Positions 39,443 to 51,147 of a DNA stretch of 64,000 nt are shown here, in pieces (position 1 is the stretch's first letter; each line of letters opens with the position of its first letter). The stretch lies in assembly GCA_965235115.1 (NCBI GenBank), contig OZ249436.1:28336001-28400000 (forward strand). Direction: 5' to 3'. This stretch comes from Laetmonice hystrix (lineage: Eukaryota). Under the pieces are notes generated by a model. That model was not told where the DNA came from. It searched no databases and saw only the letters and a program-made list of their open reading frames with translations. A program made the position numbers and the translations under genes.

Positions 39443-41079
39443 CCCTGTTTACAAACGTTGAACCAATGACGCTGGGCCAACGTCAGATGCCCGACGTTGG
39501 ACCAACGACATTTTGCTCATTGAGGGTGGCGACAGTGTTGACTAAATTCCAACGTTGGGCCAACATGGGTGTTCCAACCGGGTCCGAATTCGAAGGCTGG
39601 CGACAGTGCTGAATAAATACCAACATTGGGCCAACATGGATGGTCCAACCGGGTTCCAACAAAGAGGGTGGCGATAGTACCGACTAAATGCCAACATTGG
39701 CCCAACATCGGGGTTCCAACAAAGAAGGTGTGAACAGTACTGACTAAATGTCAACATTGGGCCAACGTGGGTCTTCCAACCGGGTTCCAACAAAGAGGAT
39801 GGTGATAGTACCGACTAAATGCCAACATTGGGCCAACGTGAGTGTTCCAACCGGGTTCCAACAAAGAGGGTGGCGACAGCGACAGTGACGACTAAATTCC
39901 AACGTTGGGCCAACATGGATGTTCCAACCGGGTTCCAACAAAGAGGGTGGCGATAGTACCGACTAAATGCCAACATTGGCCCAACATCGGGGTTCCAACA
40001 AAGAAGGTGTGAACAGTACTGACTAAATGTCAACATTGGGCCAACGTGGGTCTTCCAACCGGGTTCCAACAAAGAGGATGGTGATAGTACCGACTAAATG
40101 CCAACATTGGGCCAACGTGGGTGTTCCAACCGGGTTCCAACAAAGAGGGTGGCGACAGCGACAGTGACGACTAAATTCCAACGTTGGGCCAACGTGGGTG
40201 TTCCAACCGGGTTTCAACAAAGAGGATGGTGATAGTACCGACTAAATGCCAACATTGGGCCAACGTGAGTGTTCCAACCGGGTTCCAACAAAGAGGGTGG
40301 CGACAGTGTTGACTAAATTCCAACGTTGGGCCAACATGGGTGTTCCAACCGGGTCCGAATTTTAAGGCTGGCGACAGTGCTGAATAAAAAACAACATTGG
40401 GCCAACATGGATGTTCCAACCGGGTTCCAACAAAGAGGGTGGCGATAGTACCGACTAAATGCCAACATTGGCCCAACATCGGGATTCCAACAAAGAAGGT
40501 GTGAACAGTACTGACTAAATGCCAACACTGGGCCAACGTGGGTGTTCCAACCGGGTTCCAACAAAGAGGATGGTGATAGTACCGACTAAATGACAAGATT
40601 GGGCCAACATGGGTGTTCCAACCGGGTTCCAACAAAGATGGTGGCGACAGTGACGACTAAATTCCAACGTTGGGCCAACGTGGGTGTTCCAACCGGGTTC
40701 CAACAAAGAAAGTGTGAACAGTACTGACTAAATGCCAACATTGGGCTAACGTGGGTGTTCCAACCAGGTTTAACAAAGAGGTGCCGACTAAATTCCAATG
40801 TTGGGCCAACATGGGTGTCCAACCAGGTTCCAACAAAGAGGTGGCGACAGTGCCGACTAAATTCCAACGTTGGGCCAACGTGGATTTTCAAACAAAGAGG
40901 GTACCGATAGTAAAGACTATATACCGACGTGGGGCTAACGTAATTCTTTCCAACCGGACAGCATGGCAATAGCGATGACTAACTGCCAACGTTGGGCCAA
41001 CGTATATTTTCCAACCGCGACGCTGGCGACAGTGCCGACCAAATGCCAACGTTGGGTCAACGTATACGTGTTATCTGGG
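39443..41079. mobile_element. Probable EnSpm/CACTA-like non-autonomous element filled with a higher-order tandem array (60-77 bp units)
   Basis: The right end is ...CGTGTTATCTGGG (CCCAG-type terminus on the minus strand); the left end is a degenerate CCCTGTTTAC. About 20 units are built on GACTAAAT[G/T]CCAAC[A/G]TTGGGCCAAC..GTTCCAACCGGGTTCCAAC. Confidence 0.6.
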
Positions 41080-42999
41080 ATTATACACCTTACCACAATC
41101 ATAGTGCACTGAATCAGCCACATTTACTCTTTGATACTTGGTTCAGATGTGAACCTTGATAAACAATTTCACCTATATTTTTTGTTTTTTTGCACGTACT
41201 ATTTTATTTACCTGTACTGTCTGTTCTACTTTTTAGTAATTTTAGCCTCTGCTGATCAGCGCTATTCGTGAAGGATTCCTAGTCCATTCCTTATCCCCGC
41301 ATGCACCACGATGGTTAACCTGTGAATAGAAGCCTCGCTGTGAGCGTACGAGGAAGGACTTCATCATTAGACACAGTTCCACCGCAACTCTGCTTTTTCA
41401 TTACTGGTAGCAGTAATAGCTCAGTGGCCGAAGAGCGAGGCCCTTTCAATAGGTCAAGGTAACGACTGACAGAGGCAATCAGCCTTGAAAGTACCTGATT
41501 CAGCTTTGATAGACCATAAATAACCAGGCTGGATCTGTCAAGTTCAGCGTCTCCTCTACCAATTCACCTGAGCTGAGAAAGAAATAAGACAGTTATTTCT
41601 TGATTGTTCCCCGAAACTGATCCATAAAATAGAGCCTTACAGGGAAATGATAGTTGAACACAATAATTTCGGAGCCAAGTCAATTTTGGCCCGTCGAAAA
41701 TTGTAGTAATCATCGAACAGGGAAAGAGGTATATCTATTTCTCACTCGAAACAGTATCGTACTGCGCACCTGGTGAAAATCAACACAATTCTTTACTTTG
41801 TCAAAAAAAATCCATACATTCATTGAACTTGTCTTGAACTTATGCACTTTCTAGCTTGTTTATATGGTTTCTTTTATGATTATTATTTTATTATTCCAAC
41901 GCCAACAATAAAAGCGTGATTTTCATAAGTATGAACATTAGAACACCAAGCAGCATGACTTTAACATCAACATTGGGGGCCTGCCCCCGTTAGATTTTCC
42001 TTTTTGATGATGATGAAGATGCATTAGTACAGTTACAATCAAATCAGTGGTGCCCCCTTACCAATATCCTAGATCCCCACTGCATCAACATGAACATATT
42101 GTGGGTTGACTAAGTTCCTGAGAGGTAGAACCCACCTTTTTATTCGTTCACAGACACGAAAAAAACGAAAAAAGCACTTACAGATTCATCGCTGCGACGG
42201 GTCATTGAATTCTAATAGAGAGTTAGTGTTTTGTAACTCCAGTTTTACTTTAGAATTTTCATTAGGCCGATTTTGGACAACACTTTTTCGGGGTCATTTT
42301 CTTCCCGTCACTGTATATAATTATCATTAGTCCATGAACGTCCTTTGATGGTATTAATTTTACAGAGAAGGTATACTGGCAAGGGAAAATCTAGAATCAG
42401 CATGCTTACAACATCTGTATGATATTTAGAGACCTTAACTATTCAAGCCTGCCAATAATTCCTTAATTTTGGGTATGAGAATATTTCCTAACGTAATTTG
42501 CTGGGGGGAAATTTTGGATATTGTCCACTGATTTAAAAAAGACGATCGTTTTTTCCCCAGTTCGTGCCGTTTTTGGGTCATTAGTCACAGGAAAAAAATG
42601 CATGATATTTGTACCTATAATTTATTTATTAGATTAATATATTATCTGTGATATGTTGACCAACAATCAGATGGTCATAGAAGTATTTTTCAATGTTTTC
42701 TGCACATGTTTAACCTTTTCTTTAACTCTTCCATTACCTGAAGATATCTTCTTTTACACCCAGGTGCAGGAAGACTGACAGTGAAACGATCAATAATGAC
42801 GCTCCAGTTTCTCAGGTTAATGGCGTTCTCCTCAAGGACAAGGAAATGGGATAGTCGATGACATCAAATGGATCGCGCTTACTTGTTAGATAAAATCGAT
42901 TATGTTTTTACAAGTTAATCAAAAATGGTCTTACCTAAGAACAAAAGCGCAAAATAATTTCATGAGCGGTCAAATGGGAGAAATACTCCAAATTCTTAA

Positions 43000-43993
43000 A
43001 GGTGCATATTATAACGAAACGTGAAAAATCAGTATTTCAAAGAACTTTTGCTGTTTTCATAAAGAGATCCTTCATTAAAATTGCTTGGTAAACAAAGACG
43101 GACTTATCAGTTCCATTTTGCGTGAGAAATCGAAGTTTTTGGAGCCTCCTTGCTGGCTATCTGGAAAAACAGCTCTGCCCATCGTTTGCACATGGCTTTT
43201 GTTGACACACGTGACACGCAGAACCCTCGCGCATGCTCAGACGGTTTGTTTTGAAGCGTTTCACATGGCTACGAACGGGATGGAGATGGCGAGTATAAGC
43301 GCCGAACATTTCGTGTGTACGTTTAGTTTTATCAGTCAGGAAATTGTCGAACACTCGATCGTGGTGGAAGGAATCGGGAATGGCGGCTCCGTACGTACCT
43401 ACCGACCCACACAGGCCGCTCGTCGCGCAACACTCGAGCCAGTCTATGTGCCACCGCCAACGACCCCGCCAACCTCGCCAGCGGCCCCCTGCCTTGGTTT
43501 CCGAGATTGACTTGCTGTCTTTTCCAACTTCTGTATCTTTCTTTCCTTGCCCGCTTCACTGCAGATTCCGTAAAATATTTTTGGGGTGGCATTCTGATGC
43601 CGAACGATGCCGAGTGCAGCTGCTGAATTGTTTACAACTAAGCGAAGCACGTGACCCAGCACCCACTCTCCAACGGCAGAGGTCAGAGGTCGTGCATGCG
43701 CGGTAGGAACAAGTTTGCCAAGCACCTGCAAAGTGCACACACAGGATGTGACGCAGGACGCGATTACACGGGTTGATGGGAGGTTGTCTCTTAAATTTTG
43801 GCGGGAGATGTGCTATCGGGAGAAATCTATAAGTTTAGTACATGTAGTATAGAACCTACTTGTGCTGCATACACAGCGAAAACACGTCGGAGGACAAAAT
43901 ATTGTGGTAGGATTATTTACTTAGATCCCTAGTACATGGTCATGTTGGATAATCACCGGAAATCCTCAAAAACGTGCATTATAGCGTGGCCCT
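43000..43993. mobile_element. TTAA-flanked Kolobok-like non-autonomous element with a short ORF remnant
   Basis: Ends read TTAA|AGGTGCATATTATAA ... TTATAGCGTGGCCCT|TTAA (imperfect TIRs). The minus-strand ORF 43332-43592 begins MPPQKYFTESAVKRARKERYRSWKRQQVNLG. Confidence 0.6.
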
Positions 43994-44006
43994 TTAAGGC
44001 CATTTT

Positions 44007-44995
44007 CTATCGGGTGGATTAGTGGCCATGTTGGCAACCGGATACCCGGCCAAATGGAGCTGTGTAGCCTGGTCCCCGGTGCCTACCATACGCATCCGCT
44101 GTGATGTTAGGCCCGGTGATGGCTAACAGAAAGCTGTAAAACGGAAGTGGTGATCTCCAAGCACTTCCGCCTCGGAGCTAATCACTTCCGCCTCCGGTCC
44201 GTTGGTCAGCGTTAACAGAGTGATTGACTTCTGCTTGGAGCGTGGCCGGGAGTGGCCAACAATAGCAACATGCCCCTGCGTATGCAGACCGTAGCAGGTG
44301 TGGGGACTGCTGACGCTATGTTTACATCCAGAATAGCGAGGACATTTAACACTTGTATTTCAAAGGGATTGACGAAAATATGTGGTCTTGTTGGAGAAAT
44401 ACGGAGGGTACGGAACTATACCTCGTTTGCGTCCATGTTTTCGATGGGCCAATCACAACGCTTGCTTCGATTGGCCATCACCAGGCTCTATATACGTAGT
44501 GTATACGTAGTGTTTAGACCGGGGACCAGGCTAGGAGCTGTGTAGCGAGGCACTGAGTGAACCGTCATATCCCATCGAACCAGGAAGTAGTGCATTATTG
44601 ACACCTGCTCCTTCGGCGTTGTATGTGCAAATATAAATTTCTGGTATGAAGGGGAACGTTTGAAGAAGAAAAATAAATCACCTAATTTACCTAAATGGGC
44701 CTGATACGGTAATTTATCAAAGGAAGCAATATGGCCGCGCATATGAACGACAACAACACAACACATGGTAGGACTACTTGTATAATGAACATGATACTAT
44801 CGTAATATTGCCCACTGACTTTGGGAAAAGCACTGGATGCCTATTTTAGTTGCTTCTATGCCTGATGCAGGCAGAATACTGCAAGCACTGCCATCTGGCG
44901 AGAGTGGTGGCTAAATGTACCCGCCATTCAATGCTCAAAATGGCGCCTAATTCACCCGAGGCTACTTTCGAAGATATGGCCTAGGATTCCCGAAT
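44007..44995 (+). repeat. Dispersed repeat, homologous to ~55097-55636
   Basis: Long shared strings such as TCGGGTGGATTAGTGGCCATG and GAGGCACTGAGTGAACCGTCATATCCCATCGA. The near-identical ORF-track peptides 44488-44766 and 55071-55382 agree. Confidence 0.9.
44065..44533. mobile_element. TAG...CTA-ended element with a 9-bp TSD (Academ-like), inserted in the dispersed repeat
   Basis: Ends read GGAGCTGTG|TAGCCTGGTCCCCGGT ... ACCGGGGACCAGGCTA|GGAGCTGTG. The paralogous copy at ~55144-55160 shows the empty site. Confidence 0.85.
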
Positions 44996-45189
44996 GACCG
45001 ATATTCTCTATTCTTTGGAGGGGGAATTTGGAAAGGGGGTTCATGGGGGGGGGGTCGGGCAAAGGGATGGTGGGGGTCCAACACGTTTAATTCAGAAAGT
45101 TCTCTGGGAAAAAGAGAAAAAAGGCGACAATTTTACCTCAAAGGGGGCGCCCCCCCCCCCCATCCGCCACTGTGACCTTATAGGCCTAT

Positions 45190-47826
45190 CACTGGCTACA
45201 CACTGATCATCGTAACGCGCGTTACGCTGATCCAAGATGGAGGAAGGCAGGTCTCGCTTCAACTAAAACGAGGCGTATTTCAAGCAGTTCCGTGTCTCTG
45301 ATTCATCTGTAAGACGTCAGAGTTGTTTATTGTAATGGCGGCATCATGTTTGGTGAACCTCGGCGCCTGAGATTGCCTAGAAATCTCAAAAAACGCTCCG
45401 AAAATTTTCGCTGTGATACCCGTAACGCGGACAAGGCATGTTGACAATGATACCCGTAACGCGAATTATTGATACCCGTAACGCGACTCCTTGCTGGTTA
45501 GCCTGCCACTCACTCGTAAGCTGTACTGACTTTATTCTTCGTCTTTCAAGTAGAAAAACCATTCTCACCAGTTTTCGTTTGAAGGGAATTTAATTGTTTG
45601 TGTTATTTGAAATCTTGTGCAGGTTGTGGCAGAGTTTTTACAGTTTAACTTCATGTAGAACGGAGTACGTTAACGCGAACGCGAATACTTCCAGCCTGTG
45701 GCGAGTTCCACTGCCAAAATAAACCACCAAATTCGCCACGCCTGCGAATTCCAGCTGTCTCCAGTTTATAGCCCAGGTCCTCCCCCCCATGCACGCCTGA
45801 TCCACCACTGACTGTGTGTCGGTGTGACATGTGGGTGGTCAGAGACCAGGGTGACCGACCCACCCGACGCCGTCACTCCGCCAGGCCAGGCCAGCCGCCC
45901 GTAGGTATGCGTCTGTTCCCCCTAGTCTACTACGGACTACCCCAGGTCAGGCGACAGAGTCTCCCCTGGGTCCAGTCCACCTGGGGTGAGTTTATGACAG
46001 ATGCCAGTCAGCCTGTAGGAGTAATATAGGGGCCTAGGCCTAGTTTAAATGATATCCCGATTACCTGGCGGGGTGAGTGTGCCAGGAGAGGACAGGCGAC
46101 ACATAGCATGGCTGAGGTCACATGGCATGAAGGTGGGGAGGCAGCTCGGCCGCTCAGTACGGGGGTCGGGGGTGTGAGGGGTGGGGGCTGTCAGGGGGAT
46201 CGCTGTGATGAGAGGGTATGCCTAGGTACCCGTCAATTTGGGCCAGGCCTCCTCTGAGACATCTTCATCGTATGTAGGTGTACTGTACTGGATCCCAATA
46301 TTCTTGCTGCTCAAGAGGGCCACTTGTGTACATGTATATAGAGTTATCCTCGAGATAGGCCCCTATACGACGGCTTATTCCCCCCAAAAGTTCACTACAC
46401 ACATCTGGCAAATGAAAGTACATGTACTTTATATTATACAGAGAAATTAAGACTGTATAATACATGTATAATGAACTCTGGTTACCTAAATAAAAAACAT
46501 TAAAACAACTGTGGCTAAAACGTTTTCCGTGTGGCTAGTTCTTTTCCTCAGTTGTTAGCCACTGTGGCTAATACCCACAATTCACTAGCGGACTCCCTGC
46601 AGGAGTCAGGGTGCTCTACTCCGGGGCACTGGGGAAGGACAACGCATCTCGATCTCTTGTGTAGGGGCACACAGTCCATACACACAGACGGAGGCTGACC
46701 GACCCCCGCCCACAGGCGAGGGAGGTGCACCCCCACATACACACACAGCGAGGGCAGGCTGACCAGTGATCACCAACATGTACACTATTCATCTCATTGG
46801 ATGAAAGTGACGTCAGCGCCGAAGTTCCTCCTAGCCGGTCACCTATGGGACCTATATAAACTTCCCCGCTTAAGAAATAGGGAGAGTGAAGTGCGCGCCT
46901 CGATATGCCTGAAACTGGTGTCAGCCGGGGTCAGGTGTGGGGAGGAATTAGCTACTGAATCAGCAACACTCCGTTCCTCACTAGGAATCGGAATAAAGCG
47001 TGGACATTGGATTTACTTCAATGCAAGTGTTTGGGGTTTGGTGTGTAGCCTCTCAAGGCCAGCGAAAACGCTCTGCTACCCCCAGCTAGCTTCCCTTTAC
47101 ATTGGACTTACGGTGGAGAACGACTTAACAATAACTTAACATCTAAGCTACCGCGCGCTAGAGAATAACATCTCACTCTCACAACAACTTCCACGCAAAC
47201 ACTCGGAACTACACGATGACAACAAACACACACACAACTCAATTAACACCCCAACACACTTTCATGGTGCCTGCCAGGCATGTCTTAGATTCGTGACCCC
47301 GCCCTGGGGTCCACACACACTCTGTATGGTAACACCTATAGTATAGTATAGTATCACACACGCTGTTAATCCGGGCCCTATTATATACGTGTACATGGTT
47401 TTACCTTCATATTGAAGTAGATAATGCTCATTACAAAGTTGAGATTCATTATCAGATCACGAGCCGATGTTGAAAGTCGTCTATACTCGTCTACGTAAAA
47501 ACCTTTAGGCTGAGTGAAAAGTTTAGGTGCCGCGTTACGCCTATCATGTCACCAAATTAAACTTGCGTTACGGGGATCAGCGCTGCGCGTTACGGGTATC
47601 ATCGCCAAATCTTCTGCGTCCATTTTCTCTTAATCTACGCCCCTCTAGGACCCCAAACTGAGACAAACGGCAGGCACACATTGTTATCATAATATTCAGA
47701 TGTTGTTTTATGTTGTTGATGCACCGTAGCCCTTGTAACTTGAACAAAAACACTCGAAGCGAGCATCGGGATCGTCCATCTTGGATCAGCGTAACGCGCG
47801 TTACGATGATCAGTGTGTAGCCAGTG
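45190..47826. mobile_element. CAC-terminated DNA transposon with a 5-bp TSD (Transib/RAG-like), non-autonomous
   Basis: Ends read CCTAT|CACTGGCTACACACTGATCATCGTAACGCGCGTTACGCTGATCCAAGATGGA ... exact reverse complement|CCTAT. Subterminal GATACCCGTAACGCG repeats lie at 45416-45485, with inverted copies at ~47530-47600. Confidence 0.8.
46660..47101 (+). mobile_element. Possible LTR-like segment nested in the CAC element
   Basis: TGTAG...TTACA ends, with TGACGTCA (46809), TATATAAA (46853) and AATAAA (~46992) in order. No matching TSD. Confidence 0.3.
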
Positions 47827-48501
47827 CCTATGTCCCTATCAATTACAATGAATCAAAGCTATAGGTCTGCTAAGTAGGCTCTGAAATCCGAATGACGCTA
47901 TGTGATAAACTGCCTATAGGCCTAATGAGTGAAAGGTTAATTAGCACCTTCGGCCGAGCCGCAGATCCGGTGCACAAGTCTCGCCCTTTGGCTTCCGCTG
48001 GTGACTGTAGCGCCCTCTTCTGGATATTGTAGCACATCTTCTGGATATTGACGTGATCCAACATCAAAATGTTCCGTCTTTGACGCAACATTTTGATGTT
48101 GGATTCCGTCATGTTTAATTATGGGCCTAGATCTACGTTTGTTCATGTTCCGAAATTTTGTAACGATACGAAATAAGTTTGTCTAAATGTTGAATGCAGG
48201 GTAAATTATTGATTAGCGACAATAGACTGGCCATTCGTGATTGCATAAAGTACCGCTCTGACGGTCGCTCTGTCAACTGGTGTCAGGGGACAACTAGGCG
48301 TTAACAGAGAGGCTGGCGTTAACTAGTAGTTAACAGTACCCTCTCGTTAACCAGACTCAGCGCTGGTTAATAACCAACGCTGGTTATTAACCATGCTTAG
48401 TAAGACGCAGATGCCTGGTATAACCTAGGCCTACTAATTTGCTTGGGGCAATAATTCAAGAACGGTCCTATATCAGTAGGCCTATGTGATTAGGCTCTTA
48501 A

Positions 48502-49028
48502 AGGGAGTCGTAAAATTCATTTTTTTCGATTTATGGCAGTCTTAGAAACATATGATTCGCATACCTTGGACTCCCAGTAACATCATGTGAGACTGTTATG
48601 GCCCAGCGGCCAGTATTTAGTAAGGAAAATATGCCAAATCTCCCGCAAATACGTAGCTCAGAATTAGCGAGCGGCCCACAGGATATTTGAGTTGGCCGCG
48701 GTCGGGCGATGATGACGCGTGATCACGTGACTTCCGGGTGTACATGCGGTATTTAGGTCAACGCTAGACTAGAGGGAGATTCCCTTCCACACCCGGAAGT
48801 CACGTGATCACGCGTGATCATCGCCCGACCGCGGCCAACTCAAATATCCTGTGGGCCGCTCGCTAATTCTGAGCTACGTATTTGCGAGAGATTTGTCATA
48901 TTTTCCTTACTAAATACTGGTCGCTGGGCCATAACAGTCTCACATGATGTTACTGGGAGTCCAAGGTATGCGAATCATATGTTTCTAAGACTGCCATAAA
49001 TCGAAAAAAATGAATTTTACGACTCCCT
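48502..49028. mobile_element. Foldback TTAA-specific (Kolobok-like) MITE with ~240-bp near-perfect arms
   Basis: Ends read TTAA|AGGGAGTCGTAAAATTC ... GAATTTTACGACTCCCT|TTAA. Arms 48502-48741 and 48789-49028 differ at only a few positions; the spacer is 47 bp. Confidence 0.92.
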
Positions 49029-49094
49029 TTAAATGAGTATAGGCCTATCTAAATTAATTACAACGTATGTAATAAAGTACAGCACAGTGTATAC

Positions 49095-49604
49095 CTTCAT
49101 GATTAATGTGCAGGTCTGAGTTTCCGCCTCAGTGATGGGCCGGGTGTCGCTTGCCGTCTGCTGGTGATCCTTGACCACCATCGCCGAACTACTTGTTGTG
49201 GATTCACCTCCGTCACCGTTGATTCGGTTTCCAGCCGTCAAGCCCGCCACAGCAGCGACCGTAGACGACGTCACCGCGCTGCTCCTGTCTGTGTGACCAG
49301 AAACACTTGCTGTTGCTGCTGTTCCTGATGTTGTTGCCACATTAGAAACGGCCGTTGCGCCGAGGCTCGGTGGACGCGGAGAGTTAGAATCGTCCGACGC
49401 CCTGCAGTAGACTACTCCAGTCTGACTGACATGTATACTAGGCGTACACCCCATTTCGAGGACAGGATTCTGACCATCGGACCCGCGGTCGTGACCCGCG
49501 CCCGACCGAGGCAGATCAGTGATTAGTATGACGACAGGGATGGTTGGATGGCGGGAGGGAGGGCTGCCACCGACCCCTGGCTTCAATCCCCGTTTCCCAT
49601 ATTT
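49095..49604 (-). other. Possible Ser/Thr/Ala-rich coding exon, product unknown
   Basis: Open, GC-rich frame of ~170 codons (part of ORF 49029-49586), with a weak acceptor near 49605 and AAG|GTATAC near 49094. No in-phase partner exon was found. Confidence 0.3.
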
Positions 49605-50351
49605 CTGATATTAACCTAATCGGCACGTCAACACCTATGGATCCTGCATGGGTCCGAGATCCTTGTAGTTCTATGTGTACAGGCCTATAGACGGCCTATC
49701 CCGTAAATCACCACATCGATGGATATAATTACTTCACCCGTTTTTACCTCGCAATGTGGCTTCAAGCCGGTGTAGAGTGGTAGAGAGAAGCAGGGGGCGG
49801 CACGGACTTGGCAGCAGGCTGCAGACGCCGCTGATAAGCTTCTCCTGAACTGCTATGACGTCAAGGACCCCCTCGCCACTAGTTAGGTTCATACTCAGCC
49901 AGGGATAAACGTGACGATACCGACTCAGTCGCTGGGGCGACTCATGCCATGCATAGTCTACACTGCTTGGTAGAAAACTACCGATATCTTTGAATCCCAT
50001 GGACCATGTTTTTATGCTTACGGTTATTAGTAAACCTTGTTAATTATATGTGCAATACGATACGACGGGCGCTCTAAAACAGTAAAAGCCAAGATCAGGC
50101 ATGTCCTGCACCTCAGCTAAGATCTAGATCCACTTTTTTTGCTTTATCCTATAGACCCAGGCCCCCTAACTTCAACTCCGTTCTTTGTGTATCCCCCGAG
50201 GATCTGCGTTTTGGATACAGCATATTCTTGCTGTTTTCTGCCTCGAAGAAAACAGAAAGTCGTGAAAATAGGAAAAACCTGCTCCCTTTTTGATTGAGCG
50301 GTGTCAATAACAGCTGACTTACCAATAGCAACCTATTGTAATATACATGAA

Positions 50352-51000
50352 GACACTCGGAACACCGACGCTGCTTCTGATTGGCTGTTTCTAGGTCATA
50401 TCCGGAGGCGAAGCAGGCCTCGGATGTATGAAGCGGCCATTTCCCCAGGATTTGCGCAAAACCCAGTGAAGCGGCATCGCGCATGAACACAGCAGTAAAT
50501 AGGTCTAGTCGAACTCATCTACGCACAGGCACATATGCCTAGTTCAAATCTAATTTCTCAACATACATCCTTCTCGAATTTTCTACCGTGGACACAAAAC
50601 AGTCTCTTCTTCACCTGGAAGGATGAAATGAAATCCAGTGAATGTGTACACATGCGTACGGTAACGGCAATACGACTATCCGACTATCTGCCATGCCGCA
50701 GTCCGACTATCCGCCAATAGTTCAAATCGCTCGAGAAGCGGTTTTTTGCCGTCACCGCATGCAGACCGTCCGGCAACGCCCCACAGTTATACGTAAGATT
50801 ATGGAGTATATAGGCCAAAATCTCTAAATAACAATACACGTTGACGGATCCGTTTTATGTTTCACCGTTACATGTGTACACTCTTTGCCGCATGGCCGTT
50901 GCCGCTGCCGTTACCGCAGCCACAAAAACGCTACATGTGTACAAGGCTTAACTCTGTAAAGACCGACACAGGGGAGTTCTCCATTTTCGCACGGCAGCAC
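50352..51000 (+). repeat. Dispersed repeat homologous to ~54728-55030, interrupted by a Harbinger-like insertion (~50625-50948)
   Basis: Shared CACTCGGAACACCGACGCTGCT, TTCTCGAATTTTCTACCG and TAACTCTGTAAAG. The insert has TGTACACATG..CGGTAACGGC / GCCGTTACCG..CATGTGTACAAGGC inverted ends and is absent from the 54.9 kb copy. Confidence 0.8.
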
Positions 51001-51147
51001 CGCGCGAGTTTATTGTTGTCTACATCCGGGCCAGTGGTCCCGACCTACACCCACCCCCCCCCCCCCACCCCCACACACACCCCAACATGGCGTCCTTCGT
51101 CGTACAGCCGAGACATGACGTCAGTCAGTGGAGGTAGTGCCGAGTGA

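Noticed and set aside
39443..41079. CRISPR array
   Set aside because: The linkers recur in a fixed order instead of being unique spacers, there are no cas genes, and the context is eukaryotic.
39517..41123. Many overlapping minus-strand ORFs
   Set aside because: They are translations of the tandem array in several frames, repeating at the 279-bp period.
41415..41470. tRNA or tRNA-derived SINE head (TAGCTCAGTGGCCGAAGAGCG)
   Set aside because: Only an A-box-like string; no convincing B box or cloverleaf.
45233..45241. CAAGATGG in the CAC-element TIR as the ProtoRAG GCCATCTTG element
   Set aside because: It is in the opposite orientation, as I recall the ProtoRAG TIR, and identical in both TIRs, with no asymmetric spacers. 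It is also a common YY1-like motif elsewhere in the window, so it is not evidence for a true RAG transposon.
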